Counted from the first letter of the stretch, positions 18,732 through 29,292 are shown. The stretch: 64,000 nt of DNA from Solirubrobacterales bacterium (GCA_038327125.1 JBBQKR010000003.1:18302-82301), one strand, 5' to 3'. Translations and numbers: made by a program. The notes: generated by a model not told the origin, from the letters alone.

Positions 18732-20114
18732 TCACGCGGCGCGCTCGAGCAGCGCCACACACTCGATGTGCGGCGTCTGCGGGAACTGGTCGACCGGCCG
18801 CACCTTGACGAGCCTGTAGCCGGCCTCGACGAGCTGCGCCGCGTTCGGCGCGAGCGTCGTCGGGTTGCAGGAGACGTAGACGATGCGCTTCGGAGAACAC
18901 TCCGCGATCCGGCCGACGATCTTCTTCGACAGGCCCGCGCGCGGCGGGTCGACGACGACGACATCGGGCCGCGCGCCGCCCTCGATCAGCTTCTTCAGCA
19001 CCGCCCGCACATCGCCGGCGACGAAGTCCGCGTTGGTGATCTCGTTGGCGCGCGCGTTGAGGACCGCGTCCTCGACCGCCTCGGGGACGATCTCGACGCC
19101 GAGCACCTCGGCGGCCTTCGAGGCGAGTGTCAGCCCGATCGTGCCGATGCCGCAGCAGAGGTCGTAGACGCGCTCGAAGCCCTTCAGCGCCGCGTACTCC
19201 GCCGCGACCGCGTAGAGCTTCTCGGCCATCTCCGTGTTCGTCTGGAAGAATGCCTCCGAGCTGAGCGCGAAGCGCAGGCCGCCGAGCTCCTCCTCGATCC
19301 GCGGTGAGCCGGCGATCAGCGTGTCCTGCCCACCCTGCGTCGTCTCGGCGACTCCGCGCGCGCTGGTCCAGATCACGCTCTGCACGTCGCCCAGGGCCGC
19401 GGCGAACGCGTCCGCGTCGAAGTCGCCCGGCGAGGTGACCAGGCGCACCTGCTCCTGGCCGGTCCGGCGCCCCTCGCGCACGACGAGGTTGCGCAGGAAG
19501 CCGACCTGTGTGCGGCGGTCGTAGGCGCCGAGGCCCTGGGCGCGCAACGCGTCCAGCGCCAGCCGCCGCAGCGCGTTGCCGCGCTCGGAGGCGAGCAGGC
19601 AGTCCTCGATGTGGTCGATCTGCTCCCACGAGCCGGCGGCGTGGAACCCGCAGATCAGCTCGCCTTCCGCGTTGGTGCCGTAGGAGTACTCGAGCTTGTT
19701 GCGGTAGCGCCACTGCTCCACGGCGGGGACGATCGGCTCGAGCTCGAAGCCGTCGAGGCGGCCCAGGCGCCGCAGCGCCTCGTCGACCTGCTGCTGCTTG
19801 ACCTCGAGCTGACGCTCGTAGGGCAGGATCTGCCACGGCGCGCCGGCGTGGTCGGCGACGGGGTCGATCCGGTCGGGGCCGGCCTCGAGCACCTCGATCG
19901 TGCGCGCCTCGGCGTAGTCGCGCTTGCGCTTGGTGACGACGGCACGGACGCGGTCACCGGGGATCGCGCCGCGGACGAAGACGACGTAGCCGCGATCGCC
20001 GAGCTGCAGGCGCGCGACGCCGTTGCCGCCGAACGCGAGCGCGTCGACGGTCAGCTCCAACTCCTCACCCCGGTCGGGCTTGCGAATGGTGGGCGCGGCG
20101 GGGTCGGTGGTCAC
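18732..20114 (-). CDS. TRAM-domain 23S rRNA (uracil-5-)-methyltransferase RlmD/RumA family
   Basis: N-terminal TRAM-like domain (LELTVDALAFGGNGVARL...), the SAM motif VYDLCCGIGTIGL, and C-terminal VVVDPPRAG...IVYVSCNPTTLA. Confidence 0.85.
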   Translation of the reverse strand: MTTDPAAPTIRKPDRGEELELTVDALAFGGNGVARLQLGDRGYVVFVRGAIPGDRVRAVVTKRKRDYAEARTIEVLEAGPDRIDPVADHAGAPWQILPYERQLEVKQQQVDEALRRLGRLDGFELEPIVPAVEQWRYRNKLEYSYGTNAEGELICGFHAAGSWEQIDHIEDCLLASERGNALRRLALDALRAQGLGAYDRRTQVGFLRNLVVREGRRTGQEQVRLVTSPGDFDADAFAAALGDVQSVIWTSARGVAETTQGGQDTLIAGSPRIEEELGGLRFALSSEAFFQTNTEMAEKLYAVAAEYAALKGFERVYDLCCGIGTIGLTLASKAAEVLGVEIVPEAVEDAVLNARANEITNADFVAGDVRAVLKKLIEGGARPDVVVVDPPRAGLSKKIVGRIAECSPKRIVYVSCNPTTLAPNAAQLVEAGYRLVKVRPVDQFPQTPHIECVALLERAA

Positions 20115-20146
20115 CCCGTTCAGGCTAGTGCGGGCGGACTGCGCCG

Positions 20147-20629
20147 CTACCTGCCGAGGCGGCGATCAAGATCGCTGAGCAGCTCGTCGAGCTGGCGGCG
20201 CCCGCTGCTCGTCAGGCGCTCGGCGAGGTCCTGCGCGTCGGTCGGCAGCATGCGGCCGCGACGGACGGCGTCGTCGATCGTCTCCTGCAGGCGCTCGGCG
20301 CTGAGGACGAGGTGCTCGGCCAGCGCAGCGCGGATCGCGACGAGGTTGTCGAACAGGGCGACGTCACGGGCCGCCTCGGTCCGCGTGCGCGCGACAGCCG
20401 TGCGCTTGCTGCGGCGCTGGGCGGCCTTGGGCCTGACCCGCGGCGCCGCCTTCGCGGCCTTCGCGGCGCGCGGCGCCGGGGGCGCGCTCCTGGCGGGCTT
20501 CCTGGCTGCCGGCTTCTTCGCCGCTGCCGGCCGCTTCTTGGCTGCAGCCGGCTTCCTCGCCGGCTTCTTGGCGGCGGGAGCCTTCTTGACGGCGGGCTTC
20601 TTGGCGGCGGGCTTCTTGGGCTGCGGCAT
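20147..20629 (-). CDS. Phasin-like (COG3937-type) protein with a histone-H1-like Lys/Ala/Pro-rich N-terminus
   Basis: [46 protein letters not shown]... followed by the helical C-terminus LSAERLQETIDDAVRRGRMLPTDAQDLAERL. ATG at 20629. Confidence 0.6.
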   Translation of the reverse strand: MPQPKKPAAKKPAVKKAPAAKKPARKPAAAKKRPAAAKKPAARKPARSAPPAPRAAKAAKAAPRVRPKAAQRRSKRTAVARTRTEAARDVALFDNLVAIRAALAEHLVLSAERLQETIDDAVRRGRMLPTDAQDLAERLTSSGRRQLDELLSDLDRRLGR

Positions 20630-20643
20630 CAGTCGATCTTCCC

Positions 20644-21579
20644 TCAGTCCTCGGCCAGCAGCCACTCGAGCAGCGCCTTCTGCGCGTGCCGGCGGTTCTC
20701 GGCCTGGTCCCAGATCCGCTGGCGCTCCCCATAGAGGACCTCAGCCGTGATCTCCTCGCCCGGGTGCGCGGGCAGGCAGTGCAGGGCGATCGCGCCCGGC
20801 GCCGCGCGGTCGAGCAGCGCATCGTCGACCTGGTAGGGCGCGAGCGCCGCGCGGCGCGCGCCGGCCGTCTCCTCGTCGCCCATCGAGACCCACACATCCG
20901 TGTAGACGACGTGCGCGCCGGCGACCGCCTCGGCAGGGTCGCTCGTACGGGTGCCGCCGGCCTCGGGCTCCAGCTCATAGCCCGCCGGGGAGGCGACCGC
21001 GACGTCGACGCCTGCGAGCGTCCCCATCAACGCGAGCGAGCGCGCCATGTTGTTGCCGTCGCCGACGTAGGCGAGCTTCAGCTCGTCGAGTGGCGTGCCG
21101 GGGAACGCCTCCTGCAGCGTCATCAGGTCGGTCAGCGCCTGCGAGGGGTGGTGCTCGTCGGTGAGCATGTTGAAGACCGGGATCGTTCCCTCCGCGGCGA
21201 GCGTCTGCAGTTCGGCGTCGGCGCGCGTCCGCACGCCGACGGCCTGCACGTGACGCGAGAGGACCCGCGCGGTGTCGCCGACCGACTCGCCGCGTGAGAG
21301 CTGCATCTCACCCGGGCGCAGGATCAGCGGGTGCCCGCCGAGCTCGACGATGCCGACCTCGTAGGAGAGCCGCGTGCGGGTGCTCGGCTTCTCGAACAGC
21401 AGCGCGACGACCGTGTCCGCGAGCGCCTGCGACGAGCGCGGCGACGCCTTCAGCTCGTGCGCGCGGCCGAGCACCGCGAGCAGCTCGTCGCGGGTCAGCT
21501 CCGTCCCGGTGAGGAAGTGGCGCGGCAGGCGCGAGAAGATAGCGACGTCATGCGGATCCTCACATGGAACCTCTTCCAC
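20644..21579 (-). CDS. argF: Ornithine carbamoyltransferase
   Basis: FEKPSTRTRLSYE, DEHHPSQALTDL, HCLPAHPGEE and QAENRRHAQKALL motifs. The start is uncertain: GTG 21579 is the only canonical in-frame start near RHFL, and it overlaps the divergent gene by 30 nt. Confidence 0.9.
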   Translation of the reverse strand: MEEVPCEDPHDVAIFSRLPRHFLTGTELTRDELLAVLGRAHELKASPRSSQALADTVVALLFEKPSTRTRLSYEVGIVELGGHPLILRPGEMQLSRGESVGDTARVLSRHVQAVGVRTRADAELQTLAAEGTIPVFNMLTDEHHPSQALTDLMTLQEAFPGTPLDELKLAYVGDGNNMARSLALMGTLAGVDVAVASPAGYELEPEAGGTRTSDPAEAVAGAHVVYTDVWVSMGDEETAGARRAALAPYQVDDALLDRAAPGAIALHCLPAHPGEEITAEVLYGERQRIWDQAENRRHAQKALLEWLLAED

Positions 21580-22212
21580 GGGCGCGGTGTTCCCGACCAG
21601 CCGCGGTCGCTCGGCGGCGCCTTCGCGCGGCAGCTCGCCGCGTGGGAGTGGGACGCCGCGCTGCTGCAGGAGGTGCCGCCGTGGTGGCCCGAATACCTCG
21701 CCGCCGCTTGCGACGCGCAGGCGTTCACCGCGCGCACCTCGCGCAACCAGGTGCTGCCGCTGGCGCGCGTGTTCGCGGCGCGCCGGCCGGACATCGTCAA
21801 GTCCTGGGGCGGCGGCGCGAACGCGATCCTCGTGCGCGGCGGCGGCGTCACGGCGCACGTGCGGCTGCGGCTGCGCATGCGGCCCGAGCGCCGGGTCCTG
21901 CACGCCGTCCGCCTGGGCGGCGACATCTGGCTGGCCAACCTGCATGCGGCCGCGCACGACCGCGACGAGGCCCAGGCCGACATCGATCGTGCAGTCGCGG
22001 CGCTGCACCGCTGGGCGGGCGACGAGTCGATCATCTTCGGCGGCGACATGAACACGCGCAGGCCGATCGTCCCCGGGTTCGCCCACGCCGGCGGGAAGGT
22101 GATCGACCACGTCTTCGCGCGCGGCCTGACCGCTGCGGCGCCCGCTCAGACCCTCGAGCGCGGAGGGCTGTCCGACCACGCACCGGTCCTCGTCACGCTC
22201 AAGCCAGGCTGA
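21550..22212 (+). CDS. Endonuclease/exonuclease/phosphatase (EEP) family protein
   Basis: MRILTWNLFHG...LLQEV...NLHA...FGGDMN...SDHAPV pattern. Confidence 0.8.
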   Translation: MRILTWNLFHGRGVPDQPRSLGGAFARQLAAWEWDAALLQEVPPWWPEYLAAACDAQAFTARTSRNQVLPLARVFAARRPDIVKSWGGGANAILVRGGGVTAHVRLRLRMRPERRVLHAVRLGGDIWLANLHAAAHDRDEAQADIDRAVAALHRWAGDESIIFGGDMNTRRPIVPGFAHAGGKVIDHVFARGLTAAAPAQTLERGGLSDHAPVLVTLKPG

Positions 22213-22215
22213 GGC

Positions 22216-23721
<1,506 letters not shown>

Positions 23722-23725
<4 letters not shown>

Positions 23726-24882
23726 GCGGGCACCTCGGCGAAGCGGTCCGGTGAGAACTCCGGGGCCGGGCCGCCGGGCTCGCCTGCCAGCGCCGCGGCC
23801 AGCAGGTCACCCGTCACCGGCGCCAGCAGGATCCCGTTGCGGTGGTGGCCCGTGGCCCAGAAGAGGCCGTCGAGGGCGCCGCTCGCGCCGAGTACCGGCG
23901 CGTTGTCGGGCGTCCCGGGACGCAGGCCCGCGAGCGTCGCCTCGACCTCGAGCTCGAGCACGCCGGGGACGACCTCGCTCGCATCGCGCAGCAGCTCGTG
24001 CAGTGCGAGCGCCGTGACGCTCGTGTCGAAGCCGCGCTCCTCGCTGGTCGCGCCGAGCACGTAGCGGCCGTCGCCGCGCGGGACGATGTAGCCACCCGCG
24101 TGGCGCACGACCCGCTCGAGCAGCGGAGCGCCAGGCTCGTGGGCAGGGTCGCGCAGGCGCAGCAGCTGGCCCTTCACCGGCCGGACCGGGACGCGCGCAG
24201 CCTCCGGCAGGCCGTCGATCGAGCCGGACCATGGCCCCGCGGCGATCACGATCCGATCGGCGGTCAGGTGCTCGCCGCTCTTCAGCTCGAGGCCTCCGGC
24301 CGCGGCGCCGCTGACGACGACGCGCTCGACGCCCGCACCGGGTCGCAGCGTCACCCCCGCCCGCTCCGCCGCGAGCGCCAGCGCCGCGGCCACGAGCCGC
24401 GGGTCGACCGCGTGGTCGCCGGGAACCTCGAGCGCGGCGCGCAGCCCGGGCGCGAGCGCGGGCTCCAGGCCGCGCGCCTGCGACGGCAGCAGCGAGCGGG
24501 CGGCGAGCCCGAGCCGCTCGTAGAGCGCCAGCTCGTGGCCCAGCTGCTCGGCCTCGTCAGCGTCGCGAGCGAGCACGAGCGTGCCGCTCTCGCGGTAGCC
24601 GACGTCGATGCCGCTGACGTCGGCGAGCTCAGCGGCGAACGCCGGCCAGCGCCGTGCGCTCTCCAGACCGAGACGGACGAGCGCGCGCTCCTGTGGATCG
24701 GCCTCGCTGACGGGTGCGAGCATCCCGGCTGCGACCGCCGTCGTCGCGCCGCCCAGCTCGCCGCGGTCGACGACCACCACGCTCAGCCCACGCGAGCGCG
24801 CGCGCCAGGCGACGGCGAGGCCGCAGACTCCCCCGCCGACGATCGCGACGTCCCAGCTCGTGTGGTCCGTGGGGGTTGGCAG
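23722..24882 (-). CDS. thiO: Glycine oxidase ThiO (FAD-dependent); no canonical start codon available, CTG 24882 proposed
   Basis: The FAD motif DVAIVGGGVCGLAVAW lies upstream of the first in-frame GTG (24780). There is an in-frame TGA at 24918-24916, and no ATG/GTG/TTG between that stop and the GxGxxG motif. SD GAGGAGG (24894-24888) lies 5 nt before CTG 24882. Confidence 0.85.
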
Positions 24883-24885
24883 AAC

Positions 24886-24985
24886 GGCCTCCTCGCTTCG
24901 CCGGCATGACCCGGATCAGCTGTTGACGGTCGGCGCCCGAGCGGCGCCCTCTCAGCCCCGTTCGGGGCTCCCGTTCCTGCCGTTC
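24886..24985 (-). promoter_or_regulatory. TPP (thi-box) riboswitch controlling thiO-thiS-thiG
   Basis: The minus strand reads GGGAGCCCCGAACGGGGCUGAGAGGGCGCCGCUCGGGCGCCGACCGUCAACAGCUGAUCCGGGUCAUGCCGGCGAAGCGAGGAGG. It has the conserved CUGAGA and ACC...CUGAUCCGGGUCAUGCCGGCGAAG elements. The 3' end runs into the SD. Confidence 0.88.
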
Positions 24986-24999
24986 ATGGTACCCCGTCA

Positions 25000-25749
25000 T
25001 CAGGTGGCCGGAACCAGGCTGAGCGGCTTCAGGACGCTCGGCACCACGCCGGCCTCGCGCACCGGATACGCGTTGCTCGTGCTGCTCGAGGAACTCGAGC
25101 AACCCGATCCGCCCGTGCGGTAGGAGAGGTAGGTGAAGCTCTCCGGCGTCGCGGCGGGCTGCGGGACGTAGACCTTGTCGCCGGGGGCAGGGGTGCCCGT
25201 CGACATGATGATCGGCGACTGGAACGGATACGAGCCGACACTGGCGTACCCCTGCCCGACACAGCCGGCGGCCTTGAAGACGATCTGCCCGCTCGGCGTG
25301 TTCTGCGGATAGTTCGGGCTCGGGTAGAGCGACTCGTAGGTGAACAGGACCCCGTCCGTGGTGAAGAAGGTGATGTACGTGCTGGAGCTGCCGAACCCCG
25401 CGAACATCCCCAGCACCTTGCCGCTGGCATCGACGACGTTGAACGCGCCGGCCGGACCCCGCGCACCCGCCGCGCCGTTCGCGCCGGCAGCACCGTTCGC
25501 GCCCGCCGCGCCGTTCGCACCGTTGGCGCCATTCGCGCCCGCCTTGCCGTTCAGCGACTTGCGCAGGCTCTTGGACAGCTTCGACTCCGTCACGGCGCCG
25601 TTGGCGAGCGCCTTCGTCGTGATCGCGCTCGGTGCGACCTGATTCTTCGTGACGAGCTTGCCCGCGGTCGCGGGGCCACCCGCGACCATGAAGATCGCCG
25701 CGCCGGCGACGAGGAGCCCCAGCGCGATGCGTCCCTTGGTCCTGAACAT
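25000..25749 (-). CDS. Membrane-anchored collagen-like repeat protein with a C-terminal globular domain
   Basis: RBS GGAGGA. N-terminal TM MFRTKGRIALGLLVAGAAIFMVAGG. Twelve uninterrupted G-X-Y triplets (GKAGANGANGANGAAGANGAAGANGAAGARGPAGAF). The C-terminal 145 aa are beta-rich. The upstream part of the 574-aa tracked ORF is antisense to thiE and was rejected. Confidence 0.7.
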   Translation of the reverse strand: MFRTKGRIALGLLVAGAAIFMVAGGPATAGKLVTKNQVAPSAITTKALANGAVTESKLSKSLRKSLNGKAGANGANGANGAAGANGAAGANGAAGARGPAGAFNVVDASGKVLGMFAGFGSSSTYITFFTTDGVLFTYESLYPSPNYPQNTPSGQIVFKAAGCVGQGYASVGSYPFQSPIIMSTGTPAPGDKVYVPQPAATPESFTYLSYRTGGSGCSSSSSSTSNAYPVREAGVVPSVLKPLSLVPAT

Positions 25750-25848
25750 GGTTGTGGTTCCTCCTGATCGACGGTGCTGACCGGCGCCGGAGTCTGCCAG
25801 CGCCACCCGACGCGACCGGACGAACGGTGGGCTTGCGAGACTGCGGGG

Positions 25849-26529
25849 GTGAGTCTCCTCGCCGATCGCCGAGAGCGCCTGGGCCGCGCGCGCCTGTACC
25901 TCGTGTCCGGGTCGTGGCCGGGCGGCCGCGAGCTGGCCGACGTGCTCGCTCCCGCGCTCGCGGGCGGCGTCGACGTCTTCCAGCTGCGCGCGAAGGACGC
26001 GCCGGACGCGGACCTGCTCGCCGCGGCCTCCGTGGCGCGCGAACTGTGCTCGCAGGCCGGCGCGCTCCTGATCCTCAACGACCGGCCCGACCTTGTGCTC
26101 GCCGCCGGCGCCGACGGCGCGCACGTCGGCCAGGACGACATGCCGCTGGACCGCGCACGTGAGCTCGCCGGGCCCGACGCGCTGATCGGCCGTTCGACCC
26201 ACACGCCCGCGCAGGTGGACGACGCGCACGCAGCCGGCGCCGACTACCTCGGCGTCGGGCCCGTGCACGCCACGCCGACGAAGCCCGGCCGTGCGGCCGT
26301 CGGGCTGGAGCTCGTGGCCTACGCGGCGCGCTCGGCGTCGCATCCGTGGTTTGCGATCGGCGGGATCGACGCCGGCACGATCGGCGCGGTGACGGGCGCC
26401 GGCGCCGCCCGCGCGGCGGTCGTGCGCGCGATCACGGACGCCCCGGACCCGCGCGCGGTCGCAGTCACGCTGCGCGCCGCACTTCAGCGCGTCCCACTCC
26501 CATCGCCGGCCGGCTCCGCGCATGGGTAG
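25849..26529 (+). CDS. thiE: Thiamine-phosphate synthase
   Basis: RLYLVSG...GGVDVFQLRAKD...LILNDRPDL...ADGAHVGQDD...IGRSTH...ADYLGVGPVHATPTKPG...PWFAIGGI. GTG 25849 chosen; ATG 25774 is possible. Confidence 0.9.
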   Translation: MSLLADRRERLGRARLYLVSGSWPGGRELADVLAPALAGGVDVFQLRAKDAPDADLLAAASVARELCSQAGALLILNDRPDLVLAAGADGAHVGQDDMPLDRARELAGPDALIGRSTHTPAQVDDAHAAGADYLGVGPVHATPTKPGRAAVGLELVAYAARSASHPWFAIGGIDAGTIGAVTGAGAARAAVVRAITDAPDPRAVAVTLRAALQRVPLPSPAGSAHG

Positions 26530-27034
26530 GCGCAGCCGCAAGCGCTCGGTCAGCGAGGACCCGGCGCCCGCGGCGGTCCCCGCCGCCGCGGCGCCCCGGC
26601 GGCGCGTGCCGAGCGCCGAGCGCGACGCCGCCGTGCGCGCCGAGCTGGCCCCGCTGGAGCCCGGTGAGCGACCGCTGCCGCTGGTGATCGCGGCTGTCGT
26701 CTCCGCCCTCTTCGCGATCGGCAACGTCGCCTTCTACCTCGCCGGCGTCGAGGTCGAGGGGAACCCCCCGGCCCTCACCGGAGTCCTCCTGTTCGCCGGC
26801 ATCATGCTCGTCGCCGCATGGGGCCTGTGGACGCAGCGCTACTGGGCGGTGCTCGGCTTCCAGGCGCTGCTCGCGATCACGCTCGTCGTCGCCGCGCTGT
26901 CCGTGCTGGTCGCCTCCAACGTCCTGGCGGTGGTGCTCTGCGTCGCGATCCTCGTCAGCGGCGGCTGGCTGTTCTGGAAGCTCGTGCGCGTGCTCGGCCG
27001 CATGAAGGTGCCGCGGCTGGGTGGAGGCACATAG
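26522..27034 (+). CDS. Membrane protein of unknown function (basic N-terminus, 4 TM)
   Basis: Hydrophobic profile. It overlaps the thiE stop by 8 nt. High GC3. Confidence 0.55.
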   Translation: MGRRSRKRSVSEDPAPAAVPAAAAPRRRVPSAERDAAVRAELAPLEPGERPLPLVIAAVVSALFAIGNVAFYLAGVEVEGNPPALTGVLLFAGIMLVAAWGLWTQRYWAVLGFQALLAITLVVAALSVLVASNVLAVVLCVAILVSGGWLFWKLVRVLGRMKVPRLGGGT

Positions 27035-27044
27035 ACTCGATCCC

Positions 27045-28418
27045 ATGGCCACTGAGACGTACGACTGCATCGTCATCGGCTCGGGTCCCGGCGGATACGT
27101 CGCCGCGATTCGCGCCGCGCAACTCGGCATGAAGACCGCCGTGATCGAGAAGGACGCCATCGGCGGGCGCTGCCTGAACTACGCGTGCATCCCCGCGAAG
27201 GCCGTGCTGCGCTCGGCCGACGTGGCGCAGGAGGTCCGCGAGGCCGGTGACTTCGGCGTCACCGTCGGCGAGCCCACGATCGACTTCGCGAAGGTGATGG
27301 AACGCCGCGACGAGGTCGTCGGGACGCTCACCGGGGGCGTCGGCATGCTGCTGGGGAAGCACAAGGTCGACGTGTACGAGGGCTTCGGCGCGCTGACCGC
27401 GGCGGGCACCGTGACGGTCGGTGACAAGGAGCTGCAGGCGGGCAAGGCGATCGTCCTCGCCTGCGGCTCGGTGCGGCGGCCGATCCCCGGGACCGACTTC
27501 GGCGGGCGCGTGATCGGGACCGAGGAGGCGTGGTCGCTGAAGGAGCTGCCGGCGAGCATCGCGGTCGTGGGCGCCGGGGCGTCGGGAACGGAGATCGCCA
27601 GCGCATACGTGCGGCTGGGCTCCAAGGTGCAGCTGTTCGAGGGCCTGGATCGCGTCCTGCCGGTCGAGGACGCGGACATCAGCAAGGCCGCCGCCCGTGG
27701 GTTCAAGAAGCAGGGCATCGAAGTCCACACGAAGACCTTCGTCAGCGACGTGAAGTCAGGCGAGGGATCGGTCACGTTCAGCCATGGCGAGGAGCAGGGC
27801 GAGGCCGACTGGCTCGTCATCGCGACGGGCCGCGGGCCCGACGTCGAGGGCCTCGGCCTGACCGCCGCCGGCGTGAAGCTCGCCGAGGACGGCCTGATCG
27901 CCGTCGACGGCCAGCTGCGCACGAACGTGGCGAAGGTCTACGCGATCGGCGACCTCGTGCACGGGCCGGCGCTCGCGCACAAGTCGATGGAGGAGGGCGT
28001 CATCGCGGTCGAGCACGCCGCCGGCCTGGACCCGCATCCGCTCGACTACGAGGACATTCCCGGCGCGACGTTCTGCTCGCCCAACGTCGCCAGCTTCGGC
28101 CTCACCGAGCAGCAGGCCAAGGACGCCGGCCACGACGTCGTCGTCGGCAAGGTGCCCTACGGGGTCGCGGGGGCGACGACCCTCTACGGCGACCGCACCG
28201 GCATGGTCAAGCTCGTCGGCGACAAGCGCTACGGCGAGATCCTCGGCGCCTCGATCATCGGCTCCAAGGCCGTCGACATGATCCAGGAGATCCTCAACGC
28301 CAAGCTGCTCGAGGGCGGATACCCCGAGCTCGCGCGGATGATCCACGGCCACCCGACGTTCAGCGAGGCGGTCCTCGAGGCCGCCCGCGCCGCCGACGGC
28401 TGGCTGATCCACGGCTGA
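27045..28418 (+). CDS. lpd: Dihydrolipoyl dehydrogenase (E3)
   Basis: YDCIVIGSGPGGYVAAIRAAQLG, the redox-active CLNYACIPAK, a second Rossmann motif VVGAGASGTEIA, and C-terminal HGHPTFSEA. Confidence 0.95.
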   Translation: MATETYDCIVIGSGPGGYVAAIRAAQLGMKTAVIEKDAIGGRCLNYACIPAKAVLRSADVAQEVREAGDFGVTVGEPTIDFAKVMERRDEVVGTLTGGVGMLLGKHKVDVYEGFGALTAAGTVTVGDKELQAGKAIVLACGSVRRPIPGTDFGGRVIGTEEAWSLKELPASIAVVGAGASGTEIASAYVRLGSKVQLFEGLDRVLPVEDADISKAAARGFKKQGIEVHTKTFVSDVKSGEGSVTFSHGEEQGEADWLVIATGRGPDVEGLGLTAAGVKLAEDGLIAVDGQLRTNVAKVYAIGDLVHGPALAHKSMEEGVIAVEHAAGLDPHPLDYEDIPGATFCSPNVASFGLTEQQAKDAGHDVVVGKVPYGVAGATTLYGDRTGMVKLVGDKRYGEILGASIIGSKAVDMIQEILNAKLLEGGYPELARMIHGHPTFSEAVLEAARAADGWLIHG

Positions 28419-28423
28419 CGCCT

Positions 28424-29041
28424 GTGGCGGCGACCGCGGTCACGGTTCACGAGCGATCGCCGCAGGACGCCGGCCCGGCGTTCTACTTCGACCTCGGGAG
28501 CCCCGAGGCGTACCTCGCCGCCGAGCGCGTCCTGCAGGTGATGCCGGTGGCGACGCCGTGGGTGCCGGTGCTCGAGCGGGACCTCGGAGCGCCGGCCGCC
28601 GCGCCGGTGGACCGCGCAGCGTTCGCCGCGCGTGCCGAGCACGCCGGGCTCCAGCCCGTGCGCTGGCCGGACCCGTTCCCGTTCGACAGCGAACTGGCGA
28701 TGCAGGCCGCGACCTATGCGCGCTCGATCGGCCGCGTCGTCGCGTTCTCACTCGCCGCGTTCCGGCAGGCGTTTGCGGGTGGCCGTGCGCTCTCCGGCGA
28801 GGACGCCGTCGTGATCGCCGGCTCGGGCTGCGAGATGCACCCCAAGGCGCTGCTGACCGGGTGCGGCACACGCGCGACGCGCGACGCGCTCACGCGGGAG
28901 ACGACGCTCGCCGCCCGGCGCGGGGTGGGCCACGTGCCGGCGGTGTGGGTGCCCGGCCCCGGCGCGGAAGCCGGCCGCGTCTTCGACGGCCCGGACGGCC
29001 TGGAGCGCGCGGCGGCCGCCTGCGCCGTCGCGGCGTCATGA
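28424..29041 (+). CDS. DsbA-family / 2-hydroxychromene-2-carboxylate isomerase-like protein
   Basis: FYFDLGSPEAYLAAERV... C-terminal ...ARRGVGHVPAVWV pattern. GTG start. The N-terminal 298 codons of the tracked ORF are an alternative frame of lpd. Confidence 0.6.
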   Translation: MAATAVTVHERSPQDAGPAFYFDLGSPEAYLAAERVLQVMPVATPWVPVLERDLGAPAAAPVDRAAFAARAEHAGLQPVRWPDPFPFDSELAMQAATYARSIGRVVAFSLAAFRQAFAGGRALSGEDAVVIAGSGCEMHPKALLTGCGTRATRDALTRETTLAARRGVGHVPAVWVPGPGAEAGRVFDGPDGLERAAAACAVAAS

Positions 29042-29292
29042 GGGCCAAGGCGGCATACGAGCTGACGGTCACCCGCACCGGCCGCGCGCCGGGCCGGCTG
29101 GCCGCCCCCGATCGCGTCGACCACATCGAGGTCGTCAGCACCGAGGACCTCGAGGTGGTGCTGTTCTGGGACGTTGCGGCGCGCGACACCGGCCGGATGG
29201 AAGCGGCGCTGCGGGCCGACCTGGAACGCCTCGACGCGCGTGAGTTCCTCGCGCGGTGGGCGACCGTCGAGTCCGCCGACGACGTGCGCTGA
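29038..29292 (+). CDS. Small hypothetical protein (84 aa)
   Basis: The ATGA overlaps the upstream stop. Acidic, with no recognisable motif. Confidence 0.45.
   Translation: MRAKAAYELTVTRTGRAPGRLAAPDRVDHIEVVSTEDLEVVLFWDVAARDTGRMEAALRADLERLDAREFLARWATVESADDVR

Noticed and set aside
25750-25848. Possible second TPP riboswitch upstream of thiE
   Set aside because: I found no CUGAGA element and no ACC...CUGAUC...GCCGGCG arrangement. There are only scattered partial resemblances and a small hairpin around the GTG start.
25750-26724. N-terminal 325 codons of the 574-aa minus ORF 25000..26724
   Set aside because: This part is antisense to thiE and Arg-rich. A strong RBS plus ATG at 25749 starts the real collagen-like protein.
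27530-28423. N-terminal part of plus ORF 27530..29041
   Set aside because: It is an alternative frame of lpd (Arg/Gly/Pro junk). Only the last 205 codons (DsbA/HCCA-isomerase-like) look genuine.
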